The notes beneath the pieces are model-generated. The model was given only the letters and a program-made list of their open reading frames with translations, was not told the DNA's origin and did no database searches. Shown one piece after another: positions 25,401 through 40,560 of a stretch of 64,000 nt of DNA. The DNA is from Paragordius varius (lineage: Eukaryota > Animalia > Nematomorpha). The stretch covers positions 3,596,001-3,660,000 of the forward strand of contig OZ176059.1 in the NCBI GenBank assembly GCA_964247055.1, read 5' to 3'. A program made the translations under genes and the position numbers. Every line of letters starts with the position of its first letter. Positions within the stretch are counted from its first letter, which is position 1.

Positions 25401-28400
25401 GAATACGTATTGAAGCTCAAATAAAAGACCAATGTTTTTAGTTGTAAAATTATATTCAAAAACCTGCATATAGACCCAACAATCAAATAAGAATCATTAA
25501 CCAAATTAGAACGTATTTAATCAAATTCATTGTGTTAAACATTGCATTATTTACGGTTAATTGTTGAATCCAAAAATACTTTTAATATCGATTCTTTAAC
25601 ACAAATAATCAATAATGCGACGAGCAAGTATCAATTTAGGATGAATACGTATTGAAGCTCAAATAAAAGACCAATGTTTTTAGTTGTAAAATTATATTCA
25701 AAAACCTGCATATAGACCCAACAATCAAATAAGAATCATTAACCAAATTAGAACGTATTTAATCAAATTCATTGTGTTAAACATTGCATTATTTACGGTT
25801 AATTGTTGAATCCAAAAATACTTTTAATATGGATTTTTTAACAAACAATAATGCGACGAGCAAGTATCAATTTAGGATGAATACGTATTGAAGCTCAAAT
25901 AAAAGACCAATGTTTTTAGTTGTAAAATTATATTCAAAAACCTGCATATAGACCCAACAATCAAATAAGAATCATTAACCAAATTAGAACGTATTTAATT
26001 AAATTCATTGTTTTAAACATTGCATTATTTACGGTTAATTGTTGAATCCAAAAATACTTTTAATATCAATTTTTTAACACAAATAATCAATAATGCGACG
26101 AGCAAGTATCAATTTAGGATGAATACGTATTGAAGCTTAAATAAAAGACCAATGTTTTTAGTTGTAAAATTATATTCAAAAACCTGCATATAGACCCAAC
26201 AATCAAATAAGAATCATTAACCAAATTAGAACGTATTTAATCAAATTCATTGTGTTAAACATTGCATTATTTACGGTTAATTGTTGAATCCAAAAATACT
26301 TTTAATATGGATTTTTTAACAAACAATAATGCGACGAGCAAGTATCAATTTAGGATGAATACGTATTGAAGCTCAAATAAAAGACCAATGTTTTTAGTTG
26401 TAAAATTATATTCAAAAACCTGCATATAGACCCAACAATCAAATAAGAATCATTAACCAAATTAGAACGTATTTAATTAAATTCATTGTTTTAAACATTG
26501 CTTTATTTACGGTTAATTGTTGAATCCAAAAATACTTTTAATATCGATTTTTTAACACACAATAATGCGACGAACAAGTATCAATTTAGGATGAATACGT
26601 ATTGAAGCTCAAATAAAAGACCAATGTTTTTAGTTGTAAAATTATATTCAAAAACCTGCATATAGACCCAACAATCAAATAAGAATCATTAACCAAATTA
26701 GAACGTATTTAATCAAATTCATTGTGTTAAACATTGCATTATTTACGGTTAATTGTTGAATCCAAAAATACTTTTAATATGGATTTTTTAACAAACAATA
26801 ATGCGACGAGCAAGTATCAATTTAGGATGAATACGTATTGAAGCTCAAATAAAAGACCAATGTTTTTAGTTGTAAAATTATATTCAAAAACCTGCATATA
26901 GACCCAACAATCCAATAAGAATCATTAACCAAATTAGAACGTATTTTATTAAATTCATTGTGTTAAACATTGCATTATTTACGGTTAATTGTTGAATCCA
27001 AAAATACTTTTAATATCGATTCTTTAACACAAATAATCAATAATCCGACGAGCAAGTATCAATTTAGGATGAATACGTGTTTAGCTCAAATAAAAGACCA
27101 ATGTTTTTAGTTGTAAAATTATATTCAAAAACCTGCATATAGACCCAACAATCAAATAAGAATCATTAACCAAATTAGAACGTATTTAATCAAATTCATT
27201 GTGTTAAACATTGCATTATTTACGGTTAATTGTTGAATCCAAAAAACTTTTAATATGGATTTTTTAACAAACAATAATGCGACGAGCAAGTATCAATTTA
27301 GGATGAATACGTATTGAAGCTCAAATAAAAGACCAATGTTTTTAGTTGTAAAATTATATTCAAAAACCTGCATATAGACCCAACAATCAAATAAGAATCA
27401 TTAACCAAATTAGAACGTATTTAATCAAATTCATTGTGTTAAACATTGCATTATTTACGGTTAATTGTTGAATCCAAAAATACTTTTAATATCGATTCTT
27501 TAACACAAATAATCAATAATGCGACGAGCAAGTATCAATTTAGGATGAATACGTATTGAAGCTCAAATAAAAGACCAATGTTTTTAGTTGTAAAATTATA
27601 TTCAAAAACCTGCATATAGACCCAACAATCAAATAAGAATCATTAACCAAATTAGAACGTATTTAATCAAATTCATTGTGTTAAACATTGCATTATTTAC
27701 GGTTAATTGTTGAATCCAAAAATACTTTTAATATGGATTTTTTAACAAACAATAATGCGACGAGCAAGTATCAATTTAGGATGAATACGTATTGAAGCTC
27801 AAATAAAAGACCAATGTTTTTAGTTGTAAAATTATATTCAAAAACCTGCATATAGACCCAACAATCAAATAAGAATCATTAACCAAATTAGAACGTATTT
27901 AATTAAATTCATTGTTTTAAACATTGCATTATTTACGGTTAATTGTTGAATCCAAAAATACTTTTAATATCAATTTTTTAACACAAATAATCAATAATGC
28001 GACGAGCAAGTATCAATTTAGGATGAATACGTATTGAAGCTTAAATAAAAGACCAATGTTTTTAGTTGTAAAATTATATTCAAAAACCTGCATATAGACC
28101 CAACAATCAAATAAGAATCATTAACCAAATTAGAACGTATTTAATCAAATTCATTGTGTTAAACATTGCATTATTTACGGTTAATTGTTGAATCCAAAAA
28201 TACTTTTAATATGGATTTTTTAACAAACAATAATGCGACGAGCAAGTATCAATTTAGGATGAATACGTATTGAAGCTCAAATAAAAGACCAATGTTTTTA
28301 GTTGTAAAATTATATTCAAAAACCTGCATATAGACCCAACAATCAAATAAGAATCATTAACCAAATTAGAACGTATTTAATCAAATTCATTGTGTTAAAC

Positions 28401-31400
28401 ATTGCATTATTTACGGTTAATTGTTGAATCCAAAAATACTTTTAATATGGATTTTTTAACAAACAATAATGCGACGAGCAAGTATCAATTTAGGATGAAT
28501 ACGTATTGAAGCTCAAATAAAAGACCAATGTTTTTAGTTGTAAAATTATATTCAAAAACCTGCATATAGACCCAACAATCAAATAAGAATCATTAACCAA
28601 ATTAGAACGTATTTAATCAAATTCATTGTGTTAAACATTGCATTATTTACGGTTAATTGTTGAATCCAAAAATACTTTTAATATCGATTCTTTAACACAA
28701 ATAATCAATAATGCGACGAGCAAGTATCAATTTAGGATGAATACGTATTGAAGCTCAAATAAAAGACCAATGTTTTTAGTTGTAAAATTATATTCAAAAA
28801 CCTGCATATAGACCCAACAATCAAATAAGAATCATTAACCAAATTAGAACGTATTTAATCAAATTCATTGTGTTAAACATTGCATTATTTACGGTTAATT
28901 GTTGAATCCAAAAATACTTTTAATATGGATTTTTTAACAAACAATAATGCGACGAGCAAGTATCAATTTAGGATGAATACGTATTGAAGCTCAAATAAAA
29001 GACCAATGTTTTTAGTTGTAAAATTATATTCAAAAACCTGCATATAGACCCAACAATCAAATAAGAATCATTAACCAAATTAAAACGTATTTAATTAAAT
29101 TCATTGTGTTAAATATTGCTTTATTTACGGTTAATTGTTGAATCCAAAAATACTTTTAATATCGATTTTTTAACACACAATAATGCGACGAACAAGTATC
29201 AATTTAGGATGAATACGTATTGAAGCTCAAATAAAAGACCAATCTTTTTAGTTGTAAAATTATATTTAAAATCCTGCATATAGACCCAACAATCAAATAA
29301 GAATCATTAACCAAATTTAAACGTTTTTTATTAAATTCATTGTGTTAAACATTGCATTATTTACGGTTAATTGTTGAATCCAAAAATACTTTTAATATCG
29401 ATTTTTTAACACTCAATAATGCGACGAGCAAGTATCAATTTAGGATGAATACGTATTGAAGCTCAAATAAAAGACCAATGTTTTTAGTTGTAAAATTATA
29501 TTCAAAAACCTGCATATAGACCCAACAATCAAATAAGAATCATTAACCAAATTAGAACGTATTTAATCAAATTCATTGTGTTAAACATTGCATTATTTAC
29601 GGTTAATTGTTGAATCCAAAAATACTTTTAATATGGATTTTTTAACAAACAATAATGCGACGAGCAAGTATCAATTTAGGATGAATACGTATTGAAGCTC
29701 AAATAAAAGACCAATGTTTTTAGTTGTAAAATTATATTCAAAAACCTGCATATAGACCCAACAATCAAATAAGAATCATTAACCAAATTAGAACGTATTT
29801 AATCAAATTCATTGTGTTAAACATTGCATTATTTACGGTTAATTGTTGAATCCAAAAATACTTTTAATATGGATTTTTTAACAAACAATAATGCGACGAG
29901 CAAGTATCAATTTAGGATGAATACGTATTGAAGCTCAAATAAAAGACCAATGTTTTTAGTTGTAAAATTATATTCAAAAACCTGCATATAGACCCAACAA
30001 TCAAATAAGAATCATTAACCAAATTAGAACGTATTTAATTAAATTCATTGTGTTAAATATTGCTTTATTTACGGTTAATTGTTGAATCCAAAAATACTTT
30101 TAATATCGATTTTTTAACACACAATAATGCGACGAACAAGTATCAATTTAGGATGAATACGTATTGAAGCTCAAATAAAAGACCAATGTTTTTAGTTGTA
30201 AAATTATATTCAAAAACCTGCATATAGACCCAACAATCAAATAAGAATCATTAACCAAATTAGAACGTATTTAATCAAATTCATTGTGTTAAACATTGCA
30301 TTATTTACGGTTAATTGTTGAATCCAAAAATACTTTTAATATGGATTTTTTAACAAACAATAATGCGACGAGCAAGTATCAATTTAGGATGAATACGTAT
30401 TGAAGCTCAAATAAAAGACCAATGTTTTTAGTTGTAAAATTATATTCAAAAACCTGCATATAGACCCAACAATCCAATAAGAATCATTAACCAAATTAGA
30501 ACGTATTTTATTAAATTCATTGTGTTAAACATTGCATTATTTACGGTTAATTGTTGAATCCAAAAATACTTTTAATATCGATTCTTTAACACAAATAATC
30601 AATAATCCGACGAGCAAGTATCAATTTAGGATGAATACGTGTTTAGCTCAAATAAAAGACCAATGTTTTTAGTTGTAAAATTATATTCAAAAACCTGCAT
30701 ATAGACCCAACAATCAAATAAGAATCATTAACCAAATTAGAACGTATTTAATCAAATTCATTGTGTTAAACATTGCATTATTTACGGTTAATTGTTGAAT
30801 CCAAAAATACTTTTAATATGGATTTTTTAACAAACAATAATGCGACGAGCAAGTATCAATTTAGGATGAATACGTATTGAAGCTCAAATAAAAGACCAAT
30901 GTTTTTAGTTGTAAAATTATATTCAAAAACCTGCATATAGACCCAACAATCAAATAAGAATCATTAACCAAATTAGAACGTATTTAATCAAATTCATTGT
31001 GTTAAACATTGCATTATTTACGGTTAATTGTTGAATCCAAAAATACTTTTAATATGGATTTTTTAACAAACAATAATGCGACGAGCAAGTATCAATTTAG
31101 GATGAATACGTATTGAAGCTCAAATAAAAGACCAATGTTTTTAGTTGTAAAATTATATTCAAAAACCTGCATATAGACCCAACAATCAAATAAGAATCAT
31201 TAACCAAATTAGAACGTATTTAATTAAATTCATTGTTTTAAACATTGCATTATTTACGGTTAATTGTTGAATCCAAAAATACTTTTAATATCAATTTTTT
31301 AACACAAATAATCAATAATGCGACGAGCAAGTATCAATTTAGGATGAATACGTATTGAAGCTTAAATAAAAGACCAATGTTTTTAGTTGTAAAATTATAT

Positions 31401-34400
31401 TCAAAAACCTGCATATAGACCCAACAATCAAATAAGAATCATTAACCAAATTAGAACGTATTTAATCAAATTCATTGTGTTAAACATTGCATTATTTACG
31501 GTTAATTGTTGAATCCAAAAATACTTTTAATATGGATTTTTTAACAAACAATAATGCGACGAGCAAGTATCAATTTAGGATGAATACGTATTGAAGCTCA
31601 AATAAAAGACCAATGTTTTTAGTTGTAAAATTATATTCAAAAACCTGCATATAGACCCAACAATCAAATAAGAATCATTAACCAAATTAGAACGTATTTA
31701 ATCAAATTCATTGTGTTAAACATTGCATTATTTACGGTTAATTGTTGAATCCAAAAATACTTTTAATATGGATTTTTTAACAAACAATAATGCGACGAGC
31801 AAGTATCAATTTAGGATGAATACGTATTGAAGCTCAAATAAAAGACCAATGTTTTTAGTTGTAAAATTATATTCAAAAACCTGCATATAGACCCAACAAT
31901 CAAATAAGAATCATTAACCAAATTAGAACGTATTTAATCAAATTCATTGTGTTAAACATTGCATTATTTACGGTTAATTGTTGAATCCAAAAATACTTTT
32001 AATATCGATTCTTTAACACAAATAATCAATAATGCGACGAGCAAGTATCAATTTAGGATGAATACGTATTGAAGCTCAAATAAAAGACCAATGTTTTTAG
32101 TTGTAAAATTATATTCAAAAACCTGCATATAGACCCAACAATCAAATAAGAATCATTAACCAAATTAGAACGTATTTAATCAAATTCATTGTGTTAAACA
32201 TTGCATTATTTACGGTTAATTGTTGAATCCAAAAATACTTTTAATATGGATTTTTTAACAAACAATAATGCGACGAGCAAGTATCAATTTAGGATGAATA
32301 CGTATTGAAGCTCAAATAAAAGACCAATGTTTTTAGTTGTAAAATTATATTCAAAAACCTGCATATAGACCCAACAATCAAATAAGAATCATTAACCAAA
32401 TTAGAACGTATTTAATTAAATTCATTGTGTTAAATATTGCTTTATTTACGGTTAATTGTTGAATCCAAAAATACTTTTAATATCGATTTTTTAACACACA
32501 ATAATGCGACGAACAAGTATCAATTTAGGATGAATACGTATTGAAGCTCAAATAAAAGACCAATCTTTTTAGTTGTAAAATTATATTTAAAATCCTGCAT
32601 ATAGACCCAACAATCAAATAAGAATCATTAACCAAATTTAAACGTTTTTTATTAAATTCATTGTGTTAAACATTGCATTATTTACGGTTAATTGTTGAAT
32701 CCAAAAATACTTTTAATATCGATTTTTTAACACTCAATAATGCGACGAGCAAGTATCAATTTAGGATGAATACGTATTGAAGCTCAAATAAAAGACCAAT
32801 GTTTTTAGTTGTAAAATTATATTCAAAAACCTGCATATAGACCCAACAATCAAATAAGAATCATTAACCAAATTAGAACGTATTTAATCAAATTCATTGT
32901 GTTAAACATTGCATTATTTACGGTTAATTGTTGAATCCAAAAATACTTTTAATATGGATTTTTTAACAAACAATAATGCGACGAGCAAGTATCAATTTAG
33001 GATGAATACGTATTGAAGCTCAAATAAAAGACCAATGTTTTTAGTTGTAAAATTATATTCAAAAACCTGCATATAGACCCAACAATCAAATAAGAATCAT
33101 TAACCAAATTAGAACGTATTTAATTAAATTCATTGTGTTAAACATTGCTTTATTTACGGTTAATTGTTGAATCCAAAAATACTTTTAATATCGATTTTTT
33201 AACACACAATAATGCGACGATCAAGTATCAATTTAGGATGAATACGTATTGAAACTCAAATAAAAGTCCAATGTTTTTAGTTGTAAAATTATATTCAAAA
33301 TCCTGCATATAATAATCAATAATGCGACGAGCAAGTATCAATTTAGAATGAATACGTAATGAAACTCAAATAAAAGACCAATGTTTTTAGTTGTAAAATT
33401 ATATTCAAAAACCTGCATATAGACCCAACAATCAAATAAGAATCATTAACCAAATTAGAACGTATTTAATCAAATTCATTGTGTTAAACATTGCATTATT
33501 TACGGTTAATTGTTGAATCCAAAAATACTTTTAATATCGATTCTTTAACACAAATAATCAATAATGCGACGAGCAAGTATCAATTTAGGATGAATACGTA
33601 TTGAAGCTCAAATAAAAGACCAATGTTTTTAGTTGTAAAATTATATTCAAAAACCTGCATATAGACCCAACAATCAAATAAGAATCATTAACCAAATTAG
33701 AACGTATTTAATCAAATTCATTGTGTTAAACATTGCATTATTTACGGTTAATTGTTGAATCCAAAAATACTTTTAATATGGATTTTTTAACAAACAATAA
33801 TGCGACGAGCAAGTATCAATTTAGGATGAATACGTATTGAAGCTCAAATAAAAGACCAATGTTTTTAGTTGTAAAATTATATTCAAAAACCTGCATATAG
33901 ACCCAACAATCAAATAAGAATCATTAACCAAATTAGAACGTATTTAATTAAATTCATTGTGTTAAATATTGCTTTATTTACGGTTAATTGTTGAATCCAA
34001 AAATACTTTTAATATCGATTTTTTAACACACAATAATGCGACGAACAAGTATCAATTTAGGATGAATACGTATTGAAGCTCAAATAAAAGACCAATCTTT
34101 TTAGTTGTAAAATTATATTTAAAATCCTGCATATAGACCCAACAATCAAATAAGAATCATTAACCAAATTTAAACGTTTTTTATTAAATTCATTGTGTTA
34201 AACATTGCATTATTTACGGTTAATTGTTGAATCCAAAAATACTTTTAATATCGATTTTTTAACACTCAATAATGCGACGAGCAAGTATCAATTTAGGATG
34301 AATACGTATTGAAGCTCAAATAAAAGACCAATGTTTTTAGTTGTAAAATTATATTCAAAAACCTGCATATAGACCCAACAATCAAATAAGAATCATTAAC

Positions 34401-37400
34401 CAAATTAGAACGTATTTAATCAAATTCATTGTGTTAAACATTGCATTATTTACGGTTAATTGTTGAATCCAAAAATACTTTTAATATGGATTTTTTAACA
34501 AACAATAATGCGACGAGCAAGTATCAATTTAGGATGAATACGTATTGAAGCTCAAATAAAAGACCAATGTTTTTAGTTGTAAAATTATATTCAAAAACCT
34601 GCATATAGACCCAACAATCAAATAAGAATCATTAACCAAATTAGAACGTATTTAATTAAATTCATTGTTTTAAACATTGCATTATTTACGGTTAATTGTT
34701 GAATCCAAAAATACTTTTAATATCAATTTTTTAACACAAATAATCAATAATGCGACGAGCAAGTATCAATTTAGGATGAATACGTATTGAAGCTTAAATA
34801 AAAGACCAATGTTTTTAGTTGTAAAATTATATTCAAAAACCTGCATATAGACCCAACAATCAAATAAGAATCATTAACCAAATTAGAACGTATTTAATCA
34901 AATTCATTGTGTTAAACATTGCATTATTTACGGTTAATTGTTGAATCCAAAAATACTTTTAATATGGATTTTTTAACAAACAATAATGCGACGAGCAAGT
35001 ATCAATTTAGGATGAATACGTATTGAAGCTCAAATAAAAGACCAATGTTTTTTTGTTGTAAAATTATATTCAAAAACCTGCATATAGACCCAACAATCAA
35101 ATAAGAATCATTAAACAAATTAGAACGTATTTAATTAAATTCATTGTGTTAAACATTGCTTTATTTACGGTTAATTGTTGAATCCAAAAATACTTTTAAT
35201 ATCGATTTTTTAACACACAATAATGCGACGATCAAGTATCAATTTAGGATGAATACGTATTGAAGCTCAAATAAAAGACCAATCTTTTTAGTTGTAAAAT
35301 TATATTTAAAATCCTGCATATAGACCCAACAATCAAATAAGAATCATTAACCAAATTTAAACGTTTTTTATTAAATTCATTGTGTTAAACATTGCATTAT
35401 TTACGGTTAATTGTTGAATCCAAAAATACTTTTAATATCGATTTTTTAACACACAATAATGCGACGAGCAAGTATCAATTTAGGATGAATACGTATTGAA
35501 GCTCAAATAAAAGACCAATGTTTTTAGTTGTAAAATTATATTCAAAAACCTGCATATAGACCCAACAATCAAATAAGAATCATTAACCAAATTAGAACGT
35601 ATTTAATCAAATTCATTGTGTTAAACATTGCATTATTTACGGTTAATTGTTGAATCCAAAAATACTTTTAATATGGATTTTTTAACAAACAATAATGCGA
35701 CGAGCAAGTATCAATTTAGGATGAATACGTATTGAAGCTCAAATAAAAGACCAATGTTTTTAGTTGTAAAATTATATTCAAAAACCTGCATATAGACCCA
35801 ACAATCAAATAAGAATCATTAACCAAATTAGAACGTATTTAATTAAATTCATTGTGTTAAACATTGCTTTATTTACGGTTAATTGTTGAATCCAAAAATA
35901 TTTTAATATCGATTTTTTAACACACAATAATGCGACGAGCAAGTATCAATTTAGGATGAATACGTATTGAAGCTCAAATAAAAGACCAATCTTTTTAGTT
36001 GTAAAATTATATTTAAAATCCTGCATATAGACCCAACAATCAAATAAGAATCATTAACCAAATTTAAACGTTTTTTATTAAATTCATTGTGTTAAACATT
36101 GCATTATTTACGGTTAATTGTTGAATCCAAAAATACTTTTAATATCGATTTTTTAACACACAATAATGCGACGAGCAAGTATCAATTTAGGATGAATACG
36201 TATTGAAGCTCAAATAAAAGACCAATGTTTTTAGTTGTAAAATTATATTCAAAAACCTGCATATAGACCCAACAATCAAATAAGAATCATTAACCAAATT
36301 AGAACGTATTTAATCAAATTCATTGTGTTAAACATTGCATTATTTACGGTTAATTGTTGAATCCAAAAATACTTTTAATATCAATTTTTTAACACAAATA
36401 ATCAATAATGCGACGAGCAAGTATCAATTTAGGATGAATACGTATTGAAGCTCAAATAAAAGACCAATGTTTTTAGTTGTAAAATTATATTCAAAAACCT
36501 GCATATAGACCCAACAATCCAATAAGAATCATTAACCAAATTAGAACGTATTTTATTAAATTCATTGTGTTAAACATTGCATTATTTACGGTTAATTGTT
36601 GAATCCAAAAATACTTTTAATATCGATTCTTTAACACAAATAATCAATAATCCGACGAGCAAGTATCAATTTAGGATGAATACGTGTTTAGCTCAAATAA
36701 AAGACCAATCTTTATAGTTGTAAAATTATATTTAAAATCCTGCATATAGACCCAACAATCAAATAAGAATCATTAACCAAATTTAAACGTTTTTTATTAA
36801 ATTCATTGTGTTAAACATTGCATTATTTACGGTTAATTGTTGAATCCAAAAATACTTTTAATATCGATTTTTTAACACACAAATATGCGACGAGCAAGTA
36901 TCAATTTAGGATGAATACGTATTGAAGCTCAAATAAAAGACCAATGTTTTTAGTTGTAAAATTATATTCAAAAACCTGCATATAGACCCAACAATCCAAT
37001 AAGAATCATTAACCAAATTAGAACGTATTTTATTAAATTCATTGTGTTAAACATTGCATTTACGGTAGATTGTTGAATCCAAAATATAACCAAATAATCA
37101 ATAATGCGACGAGCAAGTATCACTTTAGGATGAATACGTATTGAAGCTCAAATAAAAGTCCAATGTTTTTAGTTGTAAAATTATATTCAAAATCCTTCAT
37201 ATAGACCCAACAATCAAATAAGAATCCTTAACCAAATTAGAACGTATTTAATTAAATTCATTGTGTTAAACATTGCATTATTTACGGTTAATAGTTGAAT
37301 CCAAAAATACTTTTAATATCAATTTTTCAACACACAATAATGCGACGAGCAAATATCAATTTAGGATGAATACGTATTGAAGCTCAAATAAAAGACCAAT

Positions 37401-39276
37401 CTTTTTAGTTGTAAAATTATATTTAAAATCCTGCATATAGACCCAACAATCAAATAAGAATCATTAACCAAATTTAAACGTTTTTTATTAAATTCATTGT
37501 GTTAAACATTGCATTATTTACGGTTAATTGTTGAATCCAAAAATACTTTTAATATCGATTTTTTAACACACAATAATGCGACGAGCAAGTATCAATTTAG
37601 GATGAATACGTATTGAAGCTCAAATAAAAGACCAATGTTTTTAGTTGTAAAATTATATTCAACCTGCATATAGACCCAACAATCAAATAAGAATCATTAA
37701 CCAAATTAGAACGTATTTAATCAAATTCATTGTGTTAAACATTGCATTATTTACGGTTAATTGTTGAATCCAAAAATACTTTTAATATGGATTTTTTAAC
37801 AAACAATAATGCGACGAGCAAGTATCAATTTAGGATGAATACGTATTGAAGCTCAAATAAAAGACCAATGTTTTTAGTTGTAAAATTATATTCAAAAACC
37901 TGCATATAGACCCAACAATCAAATAAGAATCATTAACCAAATTAGAACGTATTTTATTAAATTCATTGTGTTAAACATTGCTTTATTTACGGTTAATTGT
38001 TGAATCCAAAAATACTTTTAATATCAATTTTTTAACACACAATAATGCGACGAGCAAGTATCAATTTAGGATGAATACGTATTGAAGCTCAAATAAAAGA
38101 CCAATGTTTTTAGTAGTAAAATTATATTCAAAAACCTGCATATAGACCCAACAATCAAATAAGAATCATTAACCAAATTAGAACGTATTTAATAAAATTC
38201 ATTGTGTTAAACATTGCATTATTTACGGTAGATTGTTGAATCCAAAATATAACCAAATAATCAATAATGCGACGAGCAAGTATCAATTTAGGATGAATAC
38301 GTATTGAAGCTCAAATAAAAGACCAATGTTTTTGGTTGTAAAATGATATTCAAAATCCTGCATATAGACCCAACAATCAAATAGGAATCATTAACCAAAT
38401 TAGAACGTATTTAATAAAATTCATTGTGTTAAACATTGCATTATTTACGGTTAATTGTTGAATCCAAAAATTCTTTTAATATCGATTCTTTAACACAAAT
38501 AATCAATGATGCGACGAGCAAGTATCAATTAAGGATGAATACGTATTGAAGCTCAAATAAAAGACCAATGTTTTTAGTTGTAAAATTATATTCAAAATCC
38601 TGCATATAGACCCAAAAATTAAATAAGAATCATTAACCAAATTAGAACGTATTTAATCAAATTCATTGTGTTAAACATTGCATTATTTACGGTTAATTGT
38701 TGAATCCAAAAATACTTTTAATATGGATTTTTTAACAAACAATAATGCGACGAGCAAGTATCAATTTAGGATGAATACGTATTGAAGCTCAAATAAAAGA
38801 CCAATGTTTTTAGTTGTAAAATTATATTCAAAAACCTGCATATAGACCCAACAATCAAATAAGAATCATTAACCAAATTAGAACGTATTTAATTAAATTC
38901 ATTGTGTTAAACATTGCTTTATTTACGGTTAATTGTTGAATCCAAAAATACTTTTAATATCAATTTTTAACACACAATAATGCGACGAGCAAGTATCAAT
39001 TTAGGATGAATACGTATTGAAGCTCAAATAAAAGACCAATGTTTTTAGTTGTAAAATTATATTCAAAAACCTGCATATAGACCCAACAATCAAATAAGAA
39101 TCATTAACCAAATTAGAACGTATTTAATCAAATTCATTGTGTTAAACATTGCATTATTTACGGTTAATTGTTGAATCCAAAAATACTTTTAATATGGATT
39201 TTTTAACAAACAATAATGCGACGAGCAAGTATCAATTTAGGATGAATACGTATTGAAGCTCAAATAAAAGACCAAT
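16449..39276 (+). repeat. Satellite A: head-to-tail tandem array, 236-bp monomer (241- and 110-bp variants), roughly 95-100 units
   Basis: Period measured at ATGAATACGT: 17491, 17727, 17963 (236 bp). Consensus gaatacgtattgaagctcaaataaaagaccaatgtttttagttgtaaaattatattc...caataatgcgacgagcaagtatcaatttaggat. Confidence 0.98.
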
Positions 39277-40094
39277 TTTACCTATAAGATTAATTTTAAA
39301 TCTTTCACATAGACTCTACAAATCAAAAAAGAATCAGTTACGTGCATTATTCGAGGTTGATTGTTAAAATAGAATTCTATAATATAAGAAATGAATAATG
39401 TGAAGCGCAAGTATCATTTTAAAATGACAAATACGTATTTAAGCTCAAATAAAAGACCAATTTTACCTACAAGATTAATTTTCAATCTTTCACATAGACT
39501 CTACAAATCAAAAAAGAATTCGTTACGTGTATTATTTAAAGTTAATTGTTGAATCATAAAATAGAATTATATAATATAAAAAATCAATAATGTTAAGCGC
39601 AAGTATCATTTTAAGACAAATACGTATTTACAAATAAAAGATTAGTATTTTTGCTTATAAGATTATTTTTAAATCCTTCACATACACTCAACAAATCAAA
39701 AAAGAATTGGTTACGTGCATTATTTAAGGTTGATTCTTAAAATAGAATTCTATAATATAAGAAATGAATAATGAGAAGCGCAAGTATCATTTTAAAATGA
39801 CAAATACATATTTAAGCTTAAATAAAAGACCAATGTTTTTACCTGTAACATTATTTTTAAATCCTTCACATAGACTCAACAAATCAAAAAAGAATCAGTT
39901 ACGTGCATTATTTAAGGTTGATTCTTAAAATAGAATTCTATAATATAAGAAATGAATAATGTGAAGCGCAAGTATCATTTTAAAATGACAAATACGTATT
40001 GCTCAAATAAAAGACCAATTTTACCTATAAGATTAATTTTAAATCTTTCACATAGACTCTACAAATCAAAAAAGAGTTGGTTACGTGCATTATT

Positions 40095-40560
40095 TTTTTA
40101 GTTGTAAAATTATATTCAAAATCCTGCATATAGACTCAACAATCAAATAAGATTCATTAACCAAATTAAAACGTATTTATTCATTGTGTTAAACATTGCA
40201 TTATTTGCGGTAGATTGTTGAATCCAAAAATACTTTTAAGATGGATTCTAAAATAAAAATAATCAATAATGCGACAAGCAAGTATCAATTTAGGATGAAT
40301 ACGTATTGAAGTTAAAATAAAAGACCAATGTTTTAGTTGTAAAATTATATTCAAAATCCTGCATATAGACTCAACAATCAAATAAGATTCATTAACCAAA
40401 TTAAAACGTATTTATTCATTGTGTTAAACATTGCATTATTTGCGGCCGATTGTTGAATCCAAAAATACTTTTAAGATGGATTCTATAATAAAAATAATCA
40501 ATAATGCGACAAGCAAGTATCAATTTAAGATGAATACGTGTTTAAGCTCAAAAAAAGACC
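40095..40560 (+). repeat. A' island 1 (two 235-bp A-like monomers inside satellite B)
   Basis: Diagnostic gactcaacaatcaaataagattcatt, ttgcggt, aagatggattctaaaataaaaataatc, gcgacaagc. Confidence 0.95.
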
